Assembly: GCA_013265495.1 (NCBI GenBank)
Contig: MU058213.1
Span: 2,542,001-2,606,000 of the forward strand
Direction of reading: 5' to 3'
DNA length: 64,000 bases
Origin: Vicugna vicugna
Taxonomy: Eukaryota
Of this stretch, positions 52,699 through 64,000 are shown one piece after another; position 1 is the stretch's first letter, and the number at the start of each line of letters is the position of its first letter. The position numbers and the translations under genes are program-made. The notes beneath the pieces were generated by a model. That model saw nothing but the letters and a program-made list of their open reading frames with translations, ran no database searches and was not told where the DNA came from.

Positions 52699-53564
52699 TC
52701 ACAAAAAAGACTAAATTTGAAATCTAGATAGTTTGGTCAAGATTCTCTGTCATCCTCCACCATTCTGCGACGCAGGGCTTCTAACTTGAGAGGTGCCACT
52801 GAAGACAGAGCACAGGCTTCAGAGGGCTGACGGAACTACGGTTGGAAGGTTAGGCCCGCATCCTCACGGGTCATAAGAATAGGCAGAGTGGCTGAACAAC
52901 TTGAGTAGAAAACGAGGGGCCAATAAAGGCTTCTAAGCAGACAAGCTGTCCGCCTAAACCATATTAAAATATTTAGCTGCCATGAAATAGTGTGAACTCC
53001 AGTTTTGATGTCTGTTAACTAGGAAGATGAAAATAACCTCCCACTTTGAAAGATAATAGCTAAAAATTATTTATAGGGACTTTCTCGGTAGTCTCTGCTT
53101 CCATTTTCCCAGCATGATGGCATCTGCACTGAATTCTTTGGGAGAATTATTCCCAAAAAGTCTCTTTAAGTCTTTTCCTGACTAGCAGCTGTGTTTTGGG
53201 CGACGGCCAAGGAAAAGAATGAAACGGGACCATTAGGGATAGTGTTTTTAAAAGTATGTCACATGCTATTCTGGGAACTCTGTAAGGCTTGTACTGGAAG
53301 CAGGATCGTATGAGAATTTAATAATCTCAGAGTTAATATATTTAGTAACACACTATCATAATTGCATATATGATAAAAGTAATTAGGATTTATCTTCAGA
53401 GTAGTCAGGTAGCAGATTATGTAAGGTGGGGACCAGGAGGCACTGAAAGGGAGAGGAAGGGAAATGAGCTGAGCAAGAAGCAGGAAGAAAAGTAGGCTCC
53501 ACGTGTCACTTAGGAAATGGGAGCTTTTACTGACAGAGTAAAATAATTTCAGTGAAGTAAAGCA

Positions 53565-55514
53565 TTTCTTTATTTTTTTATTGAAGTACAGTCAGTTACA
53601 GTGTGTCAATTTCTGGGGTACAGCACAGTGTCCCAGTCATGCATATACATACGTATATTTGTTTTCATATTCTTTTTCATTAAAGGTTATTATAAGTTAT
53701 TGAATATAGTTCCCTGTGCTAGATAGAAGAAACTTAATTTTTTAATCTATTTTTATATACTGGTTAACATTTGCAAATCTCAAACTTCCAAATTTATCCT
53801 TTCCTACCTCCTTTCCCCTGGTAACCATGAAGATTGTTTACTGTGTCTGCAAGTCTGTTTCTGTTTTATAGATGACTTCATTAGTGTTATTTTTCTTTAT
53901 CTTTTTTTTAGATTCCACATATGAGTGATATCATATGGTATTTTTCTAACTCTTTCTGGTTATTTCACTTCGAATGACAATCTCTAGGTCCATCCCTGTT
54001 GCTGCAGATGGCATTAGTTTATTCTTTTTATGGCTGAGTAGTATTCCATTGTATAAATATATCACAATTTCTTTATTCAGTCATCTGTCAATGGACATTT
54101 AGGTTGCTTCCGTGTCTTGGCTACTGTATATAGTGCTGCAATGAACACTGGAGGTGCCTGTATATTTTTAAATTAGAATTCCCTCCAGATATATGCCCAG
54201 AAGTGGGATTGCTGGATCATATGGTAAGTCTAATGTTAGTTTTACAGAGATTCCTCAAACTATTTTCCACAGTGGCTGCACCAAACTACATTCCCACCAG
54301 CAGTGTAGGAGGGTTCCCTTTTCTCCACAGACTCTACAGCATTTGTCATTTGTGGGCTTTTGAATGATGGCCATTCTGACTGGTGTGAGGTGATACCTCG
54401 TTGTAGTTGTGATTTGCAATCTCTGATAATTAGTGATACTGAGCTTTTTTTCATGTGCCTATTGATCATTTGTATTTCTTCCTTGGAGAATTGCTTGTTT
54501 AGGTCTTCTGTCCATTTTTAGATTGGATTTTTGTTGTTATTAAGTTGTATGAGCTGTTTACATATTCTGGAAATTAAACCCATGTCAGTCTCATCTTTCG
54601 CAAATATTTCCTCCTATTCTGTAGGTTGTCTTTTTGTTTTGCTTATCGTTTCCTTTGTTGTGCAAAAGCGTACAACTTTAATTAGGTCCCATTTGTTTAT
54701 TTTTGCTCTTATTTCTATTTCCTGTGTAGGCTGCCCTAGGAGAACATTGCTAAGATTTATGGCAGAGAATTTTTTGCCTATGTTTTCTTATAGGAGATTT
54801 ATCATGTCTTATATTTAAGTCCTTAAGCCATTTTGAGTTTATTTTTGTGTATGAAGTGAGGGAGTATTCTAAGTTCATTGATTTACATGCAGCTGTCCAG
54901 TCTTCCCAACACAACTTGCTGAAAAGACTCTCTTCTCCATTGTATATTCTTGCCTCCTTTGTCGAAGATTAATTGACCATAGGTCTGTGGGTTTATTTCT
55001 GGGCTCTATTCTATTCCATTGATCCGTATGTCTGTTTTTATGCCAATACCACGCTGTTTTGATGACTGCTGCTTTGGCAATTCTGGGTCTTTTGTAATTC
55101 CATATAAATTTTAGGATTATTTGTTCTAGTTCTATGAAAAATGTCCTCAGTAATTTGATAGGGATTGTATTAAATCAGTAGATCGCCTCGGGCAGTATGG
55201 CCATTTTAATGATACTGATTCTTCTAATCCAAGAGCGTGGGATATCTTTCCATTTCCTTAAGACATCTTTAATTTCCTTAGTCATCATTTTATAGTTCTC
55301 CGTATATGTCTTTACTTCTTTGGTCAGATTTATTCCAAAGTATTTTTTGATGCAATTTTAAAACAGTGTTTCTTTACTTTCCTTTTCTGATATTTCATTG
55401 TTAGTGTAAAGAAATGCCACTGATTGCTGTACGTTAATCTTGTATCCTGCTACCTTGCCAAATTCTTTTATCAGCTCTAGTTGTTTTTGTGTGAACCCTT
55501 TAGGGTTTTCTATA
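53565..55514 (-). mobile_element. 5'-truncated camelid-type LINE-1, ~1.95 kb
   Basis: T-rich tail, 3'UTR and ORF2 C-terminal remnants ([14 protein letters not shown]...[14 protein letters not shown]). Confidence 0.92.
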
Positions 55515-56897
55515 GGATGGGATCCTTATATCAAAATATACTGAAATTATCTTTTCTTTATGTGACTTGGACTGATTTAAATCCTCTCCTGGAGAGAAGA
55601 CACATGAATGGTATCTGCAGACAATTTTGAGGAGTTAGTGGTATAAAATGGATCTTAAAGGGATGATGTGTACTTACTAAAGCATATATAAGACTGAATA
55701 ATGTATCAAACAAATGCTTCGAATTTCAGAGCATGTACATTCAGGGGCTGTGATGAACTACAAAATGGGCCCATGGATAGTGAACATTCCTGTGGCTATA
55801 TTGCTTCTCGTGGCCAGCAAGGGAGGTTAATTTAAAAAGGAGAAATGGGAAGTAACAATATTTTCAGCACCATTTAAAAACAAAAACAAATGTCAACCAA
55901 CTCCTGGCTCTGGGTTGGTAATACTATGGTGTTTGAGACCCCCGTGTTCCTTGTTCTCTGGGAACCTATTCAGAATTTCAAAAAATTAATGAATTATCAT
56001 TAATTATCCCTTATTCTTTATCACTTTGTGCTAATCACTCTATAGTTTCACTTATTCTTCACAACCACCTCAAGAGATAGATAAAATTATTTTTCCTAAT
56101 TTTTCAAATGACAAAACAAGCTCAGAAAGTTTAAATAATTCAAACTAGACTAGAAACAGTATGAATGGAATGCTTTCAACCACTAGGCTGTACTACGTTG
56201 ACATTCTGGTGTCATCAGAAATCAGTTCGTAAGTTGGACAGCAGAATCTCACCATGTATTTTTACCCTTTAGGCCAAATCTGGGCATTTGTAGGGGATTC
56301 TATTTTATGTTGGATGTGTGAAAACACAGTAAGTATATAAAGCTCTGAAGTGACATTACTCATGTCACTGAACAAAAGCTGCATTCTTCCTGTCCTCTGT
56401 GTTGCTGTAATGCTTCGTGCATTAAATGTGACTGCAGAGATGCAAGATGCATTTGGACCAAGGTTCCTGTCTTCCTAATTGTAGGAGTAACACCCCTACA
56501 TGGGCCAACCAGAAGTCCTGACAGGATAGGTAGCCTACCCTTACTAGTGGGGCATTACCTCAGGAGACCAGAGGGGCTTTGAGTAATTGATGGTCATCGC
56601 TACTCGGTAGTACCAGAATCTGCACGCCCCATCAGAGCAGATGGAGGCTGGGAGTTACTTTAGTCATCCTCTCTGACCCTTTAAATACAGCAGAACCCCT
56701 TGCTTCACTGCCCAAATCCTATTAAAATTTCACTGTATTTGATCTGGGGCTTTTGGAATGCTAGTTCCTTTGCTGTGTTTGTAAAAGAATTGTCTACACC
56801 TCATGACAATCTTTTCATACCAGGCCTTGCTAGGTTCCCTTCCATCAACAGGTTCTCTCTGAAGAGTTACTTCTATCTTCCTGTGCATTAGGTAAGA

Positions 56898-57060
56898 CAA
56901 TGGTTCTCAAATTTTAGCTGGCATTGGTTTCACTTGGAGGCTTGTTAAAACAGAAATTGTTTGGCTTCAACCTCAGAATTACCGACTCAGGCGATCTGGG
57001 ATAGGATCAGGGAATTTGTCTTTCCAGCACATTCGCAGGCGATGCTTATGATGCTGTTGG
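56898..57060. mobile_element. MER5-like hAT element
   Basis: caatggttctcaaattttagctggcattgg...ggagggcttgttaaaacaga. Confidence 0.7.
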
Positions 57061-57080
57061 AGACATGTCTTAACTAACTA

Positions 57081-57296
57081 CAGTTGACCCTTGAACAACA
57101 CAGGTTTGAGGTGGGGGGGGGTCTACTTAAATACGTATTTTTTTTAATAGTAAGTACTACAGCACCTGTGGTTGGTTGAAACCGGGGATATGGGGGAGAT
57201 GGAAGAACACAGAAGGCTGACTGTAATTTATCAGTGAACTTTTAACTGTGCGCAGGGTTGGTGCCCCTAGCCCCCTGGTTGTTCAAGACTCAACTA
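57081..57296. mobile_element. Tigger-family MITE (MER8/Tigger2-like)
   Basis: TIRs cagttgacccttgaacaac ... gttgttcaagactcaacta, preceded by TA. Confidence 0.85.
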
Positions 57297-57671
57297 CACT
57301 CACTAGTATTCGTTAAAGAACTAATGTCTGGTAGTGATTTTACTTTGGTGAATAAATTAGAATGAAATTGAACTCGCCCCTAAAATGTACATGAACACTT
57401 TCATTCAGGTGGACTTTGTATACGCAAAGAAATGTATGTTATTACAGCCAGTTACTGACAACTCTTACAGTCACAAGGCCTTCAACTATGTCCTACGTGG
57501 CTGAGCCCTTTTCCTTAACTGCAGCCTATCCTGGCTTGCTAATCATTGGCATTTGTAAGCTACCGGGTGTGAGATCCTAGGATCAGTTGTCTCCCAGCAG
57601 GAATTGAAGGGACTAGGGTTTGCCTATGAAGTAGAGGCAAGAATTAAACCATGGGGATCCCCTGAGAATAA

Positions 57672-58024
57672 TCAGAAGAGAATGACAAATATTATATGGT
57701 ATCACTCAGATGTGGAATCTAAACAAAAAAAAAGATACAAGTTCTATTTACAAACCAAAAATAGACTCATAGACATAGAAAACAAACTATGGTTACCAAA
57801 AGGGAACAGAAAGAGAGGGATAAATAAGAAACTGGGGATTAACAGACACATTACTACAAGAAATTGAATGTATTTGCTGTGCTATACAGTAGGCCCCTGT
57901 TGTTTATCTATAGTAATATATAATAGAAAAAGAATCTGAAAAGAAAATATATGTATGTATATGTATAACTGAATCACTTTGCTGTACACCTCAAACTAAC
58001 ATTAGAAATCAACTATGCTTCATT
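57672..58024 (+). mobile_element. L1 3'UTR fragment with internal micro-inversion
   Basis: Sense L1 3'UTR except 57857-57910, which is antisense. Confidence 0.85.
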
Positions 58025-59281
58025 CCTTTTTCTTTCGTTTTTAAATTTTTATTGGATATCTGGATTCCCCTGCCCAAACTAAATCTTGAACAAGCGATAC
58101 TCTGAGTTGCAACAAGCTCCTAAAGTCAGGCTTTTGTTGGTTTTTGCAATATAGTGAAATGGTCCCTACAGCTTACACTGTCATAAGAACCTGTAAGTTA
58201 AGAGTAATGTTCATATGTATGAGTGGATCAGCATTCCTTGGCAAGTCCCAAAGTAATTGTCAACATTATGTCTAAAGTGAAATTTGAACAGCTGCATTTG
58301 GATGATCCTTCAGTCTGACACACCACCTGTTTTCCTAGATTTATTGGTCTACTGCTTGATAAGATTTTATATTTTCCAAGACTGATTTTCTATTTAAATT
58401 GATACATATTATCAGTTTGCTTTGTACTTCCACAAAATACAGTTTTCTTTCTGCCCATTATCCCTAATTTCAGGTATTCATTGTGATTTTTAAAGTCTGT
58501 GAAACAAGCTCATAGTCCCGCTTGGTGAATTCAGGTTTGTGAATGAAGCGTATCTCCTTCAGCTTAACTCCTTGGGGTGTCCCCCCAACTTGATTTTGAA
58601 CCACAAAGAAAATTCAGATACAGAAAATAAAAGCTTTTTTGGTCTCTCCTTTTCTGTGAGAGATGATGATCTGTATCTACCACTATTGCTGCTTTCTCCC
58701 TTCTAAGAAAATCATGTCCACGTTTAGCTTGTGAGCGTTCCAACTACGTAAGTAGCAGCAGCAGGATGCAAGCTCATCAATATGTCTTTAAGTAACTGAA
58801 ATAACAATGACTAATGAAGTTTGTTCGTTTTCCCTTGTTTTGCATAATTAATGGAAGCAGAGGGCGTCCTTAAACTCAAAGAGTTATTAGGTGGAGAAGG
58901 AAAGTGTGAAATTAGAATGAAAAAGAAGCAAGATTCAGCAATACTTTTAGCAAATAATGCATCAATAAATAACATACTAAATTAAAGGTAAATGTATTGA
59001 GATAGTGGGATGCAGCAAAAGCTGAAGTTTCGGTTTTAAGAGATGCTCTTTGTTATTAGTCTCCTTATCACAGACAATTAGTAAACATATTCATTGCTAA
59101 GTGGCATGTATGGGAATGTTCTGGTCCCACTCATAATGAGGTATTTAGGAATATTCCAGACATTTGAAAAAATCACCACCACGAGGAATTTTGTCCTGGT
59201 AGATATGCATGTGTGTAGAAAAATAAATACATGTGTAGAGACAGCTACTTACTTGAACACATTTTATGTTTTTTCCCCTAG

Positions 59282-59359
59282 ACCATCAATAAAGTCCTGC
59301 TTCAGTATGCCGCAATCGTATCAAGTGATTTCCGTTCCTACTGTGATAAGGAAAATGTG
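59282..59359 (+). CDS. UNC13C: UNC13C coding exon, 78 bp
   Basis: ttttttcccctag| acceptor, |gtaagt donor. [26 protein letters not shown], phase 0/0. Confidence 0.96.
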
Positions 59360-60859
59360 GTAAGTAAAGATGTCTCTACTTTCAAACATTCCTCAGTTGA
59401 GAACCACTTCTTGAAACTAAGGACTAAGCAGAGGCAGTTGTTTTCTTTCTACCTTCTTACAGGATGATAGAAAAATAAGAGTCTCAAGAAATTGTCTGAA
59501 AATTTTCTAGTAGTCCGGAACTGGTACAAAATAGAATTCAGAGGAAGGTTGAGACATCTCACCACCAGCCACCTTGTGGTTTTCCATGATGATAACGAAT
59601 TACAAATACTGGCCCCGGGAGCTAGTAATTATTTAGTGTTGACACCAACTAGTGTAGTTTTGGCACCAATACCAAAAGGAATATAATTTAGCCTTTCAGT
59701 TTTTAAATAAATTGAAAAGGATGGATAATGGAAAGAGTGATGCTGATTTCTACTCTGAATTATTAACTGAGCCGTTTATTTTCTGGATGAAAATAAACAA
59801 TAAAAAGAACAAAGAGAAGCAGGATAAACTAAAGTAATTTGGAATATAATCAGGGTTATTTCATGATGGGAGGTAAAATCTTTCTTATTCACCATATGTA
59901 ATATTTATTAGGAGAACACAGGATTTTTTTTAAAGCACTGAAAAAAATATTTTAAAAGTTAGTACTAGAGTTTTCAAGAGGAGAATCAGGTAAATCATTT
60001 CCCACTATCAGGCAAGTCTGAAAGAGAATTCTTGCTGAAACCCCATTGACCTCTTGCTGACAGCTCATTAAGGTCAGTCAGTCCCAACGGTTCCTGAGGG
60101 TCCCAGAAGATACATCTTTCCCTTAAATGAAAATGCTGCCCAGAAATTTTAACGAATTGCCGGGATATCTCAGCAGCGATTTCTAATTGTCATTGATTGT
60201 AAAATACTCTAGTAGGCAAGATGGAGTATTCATTTATCTGTTGAAAGCATAGAGTTATGATTAAATAAAATTAAATTCATCATACATTTGAAAAGTATTA
60301 TATTGAAAATCAAAACAGTGCCAGGTAATTTCAGAAAAGATTCTGACAAATAGGATAACCAAACTGAAGATTCTAAAAGGTGGCTATGAATCATCAAAGC
60401 TAATTCCTGTCACTCAGAAAGGAAAAGTAGCCTGGAAAGATCCCTGCAGACTTCTACTCTAGGTGTTAATATTTGTAGTACATTATTTTTTAAATGAGAA
60501 AAAAATCATAAATCAGTGTTTATTGTATTCTATGCATTTTTCTCTATTTTATACTTTTCAAAATACATTTCTATAAAGAAATGTCCTTGAAACTTGCTTT
60601 TCCTTCCTCACTGCTATTCTTTCCTAATTGCTAATATCTTGACCAGTCTTAGACACTCATTCAAATGTCAAGTATCATTTTAGTTTTTCTATGAAAGGAT
60701 ATCAGCTAACCACTTAAACTTTCAGCTGAGATAAATTACAGTGCTTTTGTACACTTGTGTGTGTACATATCATTGTTACAGATTTCTTTAAATATCAAGA
60801 ACATTTTTTATTTTCTCTGTATATGTATGATAATATTTCTACTTCAAATTGCACTAGCC

Positions 60860-61081
60860 TTTTTTTAATTGAAGTATAGTCAGTTACAGTGTGTTGATTT
60901 CTGGTGTACAGCACAATGTCCCTGTTATATGTGTGTGTGTATATATATATATACACACACACATATATTTGTTCTCATATTCTTTTTCAGTAAAGGTTAT
61001 TACAAGATATTGAATATAATTCCCTGTGCTATACAGAAGAAATTCATTTTTTATCTATTTTTGTATATAGTGGTTAACATT
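60860..61081 (-). mobile_element. Short camelid-type L1 3' end containing a 42-bp palindromic microsatellite
   Basis: ttttttaattgaagtatagtcagttacagtgtg...ggttattacaagatattgaatata. Confidence 0.85.
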
Positions 61082-61330
61082 AGACATCTTCTGAGATGAC
61101 TGTAACATTTGCTTTCTCAGGGGTCAGAATTAAAGACAACAGTAAAACAAAATATTTGTGACAGAATAATATTTTTTCTTCTGAAACATTTTAAATGTGG
61201 AATGGGTCCCAAGTTTTTAATCCATTTTTCCACACTCCACATTGTAGCAAAGCAACATTATCTAAATCAGAATTCCCTGATTTTGTGTACTTTTAAAAAT
61301 TCTTTTTTCCACTCAGAAACATACTTTGGT

Positions 61331-61586
61331 GGAATTTAAGAAATGCAACAAACTATTGGTTACCAGTGGGGAGAAGGGAGGTGCAATATGGGGGTAAGAG
61401 ATTAAGAGGTACAACCTATCAGGTATAAAATAAGCTACAAGGATGTACTGTACGGCACAGGGAATATAGCCACTATTTTATAACAACTATAAATGGGTTA
61501 TAACATTTAAAATTGTGAATCACTATATTGTACACCTGTAATTTATACAATATTGTCCATCAACTATACTTCAATTAAAAAAAAAT
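61331..61586 (+). mobile_element. Short L1 3' end with perfect 14-bp TSD
   Basis: ggttaccagtggggagaagg...caactatacttcaattaaaaaaaaa. TSD aaacatactttggt at 61317-61330 and 61587-61600. Confidence 0.9.
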
Positions 61587-63764
61587 AAACATACTTTGGT
61601 CACGTAGAAACGGCCATAGTCTGAACAGAGCAACTTTCATATTCCTTGTATTTTAGGTTCCTAACTTTGTTTCAGGTTTAGATAAAATGAAATACATTAT
61701 GGCATTTTTTTTTTCAGGGAAAAGCCAAAATATACAAATAAAAAGATTAGAGATTAACTTCAAACGTAGGTCATTTTGTCTAACTAAACTCATCAACAAA
61801 TGATGCTTCTGAATTAGGTTAATGTTCCCTTCACTGGAGGTGTTTTCGTATTTGTTTTTTCATTTTCAAGAGAGCTGTTTAAAGTAAAACTGTTCCCTGA
61901 TTAGGTTTAAGGTAGATTCGTGTAATTTAGTTCTCAGAAAAATTGAAATTTGAACGTTTCAAGGTCAGGGAGAGCTTAGTGAAAGAGGAGATCTCAGACT
62001 TTGTTTTAGCTCCCTCTGGATAACTGCCTCTCCTCCTGGGGGCAACGGCAGTCCATGCCAAGCGAGCCCAGGTGTCTCTGTTCATTTTGTTTCTTAGTTC
62101 TTTTTCCACCGGAAATGATCACACTAAAAGGGCTTGGAAGTTGGCTCAATTGGCAAAGCTGGTACTAAAGTGCAGTTACACGTGTCAAAAAAGATGCTAC
62201 CCAGCTAGTTTAGACCCATGGGAAGCATGGTGATACAACCTTTTACTCATGTAGTCTTCTGCTTCTCATTAAGAGTCACGCTCTTCCTTAGTTCTTTGCC
62301 CTCTGCAGTGAAAAATGAAAGAACCTCAATGACTCTATCCCGTAGTGGAAGAGGGTCTGTTGGTTCAGTGTGTTCACTTGGAACAAGACGCTGAATCCCC
62401 TGAAAGTCTGATCGTACATCCTACAGAAGGAGTAAGCCTGGGTCCAGCAGCTCCTCATCACAGCTGGCAACCAGGATCGTCTCTAGAACACTGTGGTTCA
62501 GCTTACTGAGCAGAATCTATATGAGAGAAATCTCTGTGCCTAAAAAATAAAACATATAAGTGCCTAGAATCAAGGGAATAGAAGTTTTAAATTGTATTCA
62601 TAAATGGAAGTTAGGATGTGGTCACTTTAAGAATCAAGGAGGAAGTTTTTCCAAAGGTCAAAATAGGGTGAAAACAAGAACAAACCCTTTGCACGGATGA
62701 GCACTGACACCTCTCTGATGCCCTGTAAGTCCTTTGCATGCCGCTCTCTGATTCTGTTATTGGCTCATTTCCCAGCCCCTTGGAAGGCATCCATTTTCAT
62801 TTCTTTCACTGTTTTCTTCCCATGATCTGCTGGTTTTTCAGAATCAGTATGTAGCAAATATTAAATTATTCTATAACCATTCTGAATTTCATTTTCCAAT
62901 TATAAGTTCTTTTCTGCTAATCTGAGGTCACATCTAGTCCTGTCACAGAGCTTTACATCTGTATGTGATTATACTTCTGCCTCCTTGGAAACAAGTCAAG
63001 GAGCATTGTTAAAGCATGTATTATGTGTCTATGTATGAGGCTCTGTAAGAGCAAGCAGAAAAAGACAGCAGCACAGACAGGACACTTAAGGTCAGCTGGT
63101 GAGACAGTCAGAAGCAACTCAGATGTGAAGTTAAATAGAACAAATGTCAAGTGAGTGACAAAAGGATACAGTCTGGGAAAAAGAAAGCCCTAACCTGAAC
63201 GATGGATATGACTCAAAGGCAAAGAGGTCCAAGTGAAGCCAAGACAGAGCCTGGAAAGCAGTTTTTTGTTTTTGTTAAACATGGTTTGGAGCCTTATAAC
63301 TCAGGGCCTTGAATACTCATGTGTGGGCTTTATCTATAGGCAGAGTTTATTAAAGGATTTGAATGGTTTTGGGGGGATGGGGAGGACTTTGAAATTCGGT
63401 ATTTTGGTTTTTGAAACAGTGAAGTAGCGTAAGAATTTAAACTCCCTTGTATTTCTTAAAACTCTTTAAAAAACAGAGTTTGGTTAATTTCTAAATATAC
63501 TATGCCACAATGCTAAGAATAAAATCAACCTTAGTAATAGGTCTGCAATGGTTTACTGTCTAAGTATACTGTTAAATTTCATTCCCCAAGGTGGTTTTAT
63601 TTTCCCTCTTCCATTCTTTACTGTTAATAGCAGAATTATTCTGTTTGCCAAATATAATAGGACTTCAGAGACAGTGTATACTACCACATTGAAAGTAAAC
63701 TCATTCAGTAAGCTACTGTATAAAAGATTTTCACCCTATTTTTTGTTGTTTGCTTTATTTAAAG

Positions 63765-63842
63765 CCCTGCATACTGATGAACAATATTCAACAACTGCGG
63801 GTTCAGCTGGAAAAAATGTTTGAATCCATGGGAGGAAAAGAG
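63765..63842 (+). CDS. UNC13C: UNC13C coding exon, 78 bp
   Basis: ttgctttatttaaag| acceptor, |gtgagc donor. [26 protein letters not shown], a characteristic Munc13 MUN-domain motif. Confidence 0.96.
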
Positions 63843-64000
63843 GTGAGCATGTTTTTATGCCTTCATTGCCAAATATCTACTGAGAGATCATTAACAGATA
63901 TTTCTTTACTGCGGGAAGTGAGCAAATCAAGTTTATACATGGCTTAGCTAAAGAATGCCATTAACTAAGGTGGTTATTATCTACAACAGAATACTTCAGT

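Noticed and set aside
46148..63842. CADPS/CADPS2 or UNC13A/UNC13B as gene identity
   Set aside because: Residues such as [36 protein letters not shown] and [17 protein letters not shown] fit Munc13-3 specifically.
1..64000. CRISPR arrays, operons or other prokaryote-type novel systems
   Set aside because: The sequence is mammalian intron/exon DNA; I saw no regularly spaced repeats or long unexplained ORFs.

Overview
Mammalian genomic DNA, AT-rich and repeat-dense, almost certainly camelid (alpaca/camel lineage) judging by a Vic-type tRNA-derived SINE and camelid-like L1 3' ends. The whole window lies inside UNC13C (Munc13-3) on the + strand. Bases 1-46147 appear to be the distal part of one large intron. 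Five coding exons of the MUN-domain region follow (46148-46274, 49947-50043, 50676-50819, 59282-59359, 63765-63842); they splice in frame at GT-AG sites. The introns carry a frameshifted processed DUT (dUTPase) fragment, many L1 pieces, a MER41-like solo LTR, MaLR LTRs, MER5/Tigger DNA transposons, MIR/L2 relics and some palindromes. I found no convincing novel biological system. The best second-look items are a 2-kb internally deleted L1 with TSDs that splits a 104-codon ORF, the DUT retro-fragment, a solo LTR with GAS motifs, an unassigned CpG-retaining segment at ~3.5-4.3 kb, and several template-switch signatures. All repeat family names come from recall of consensus sequences, not from a search.
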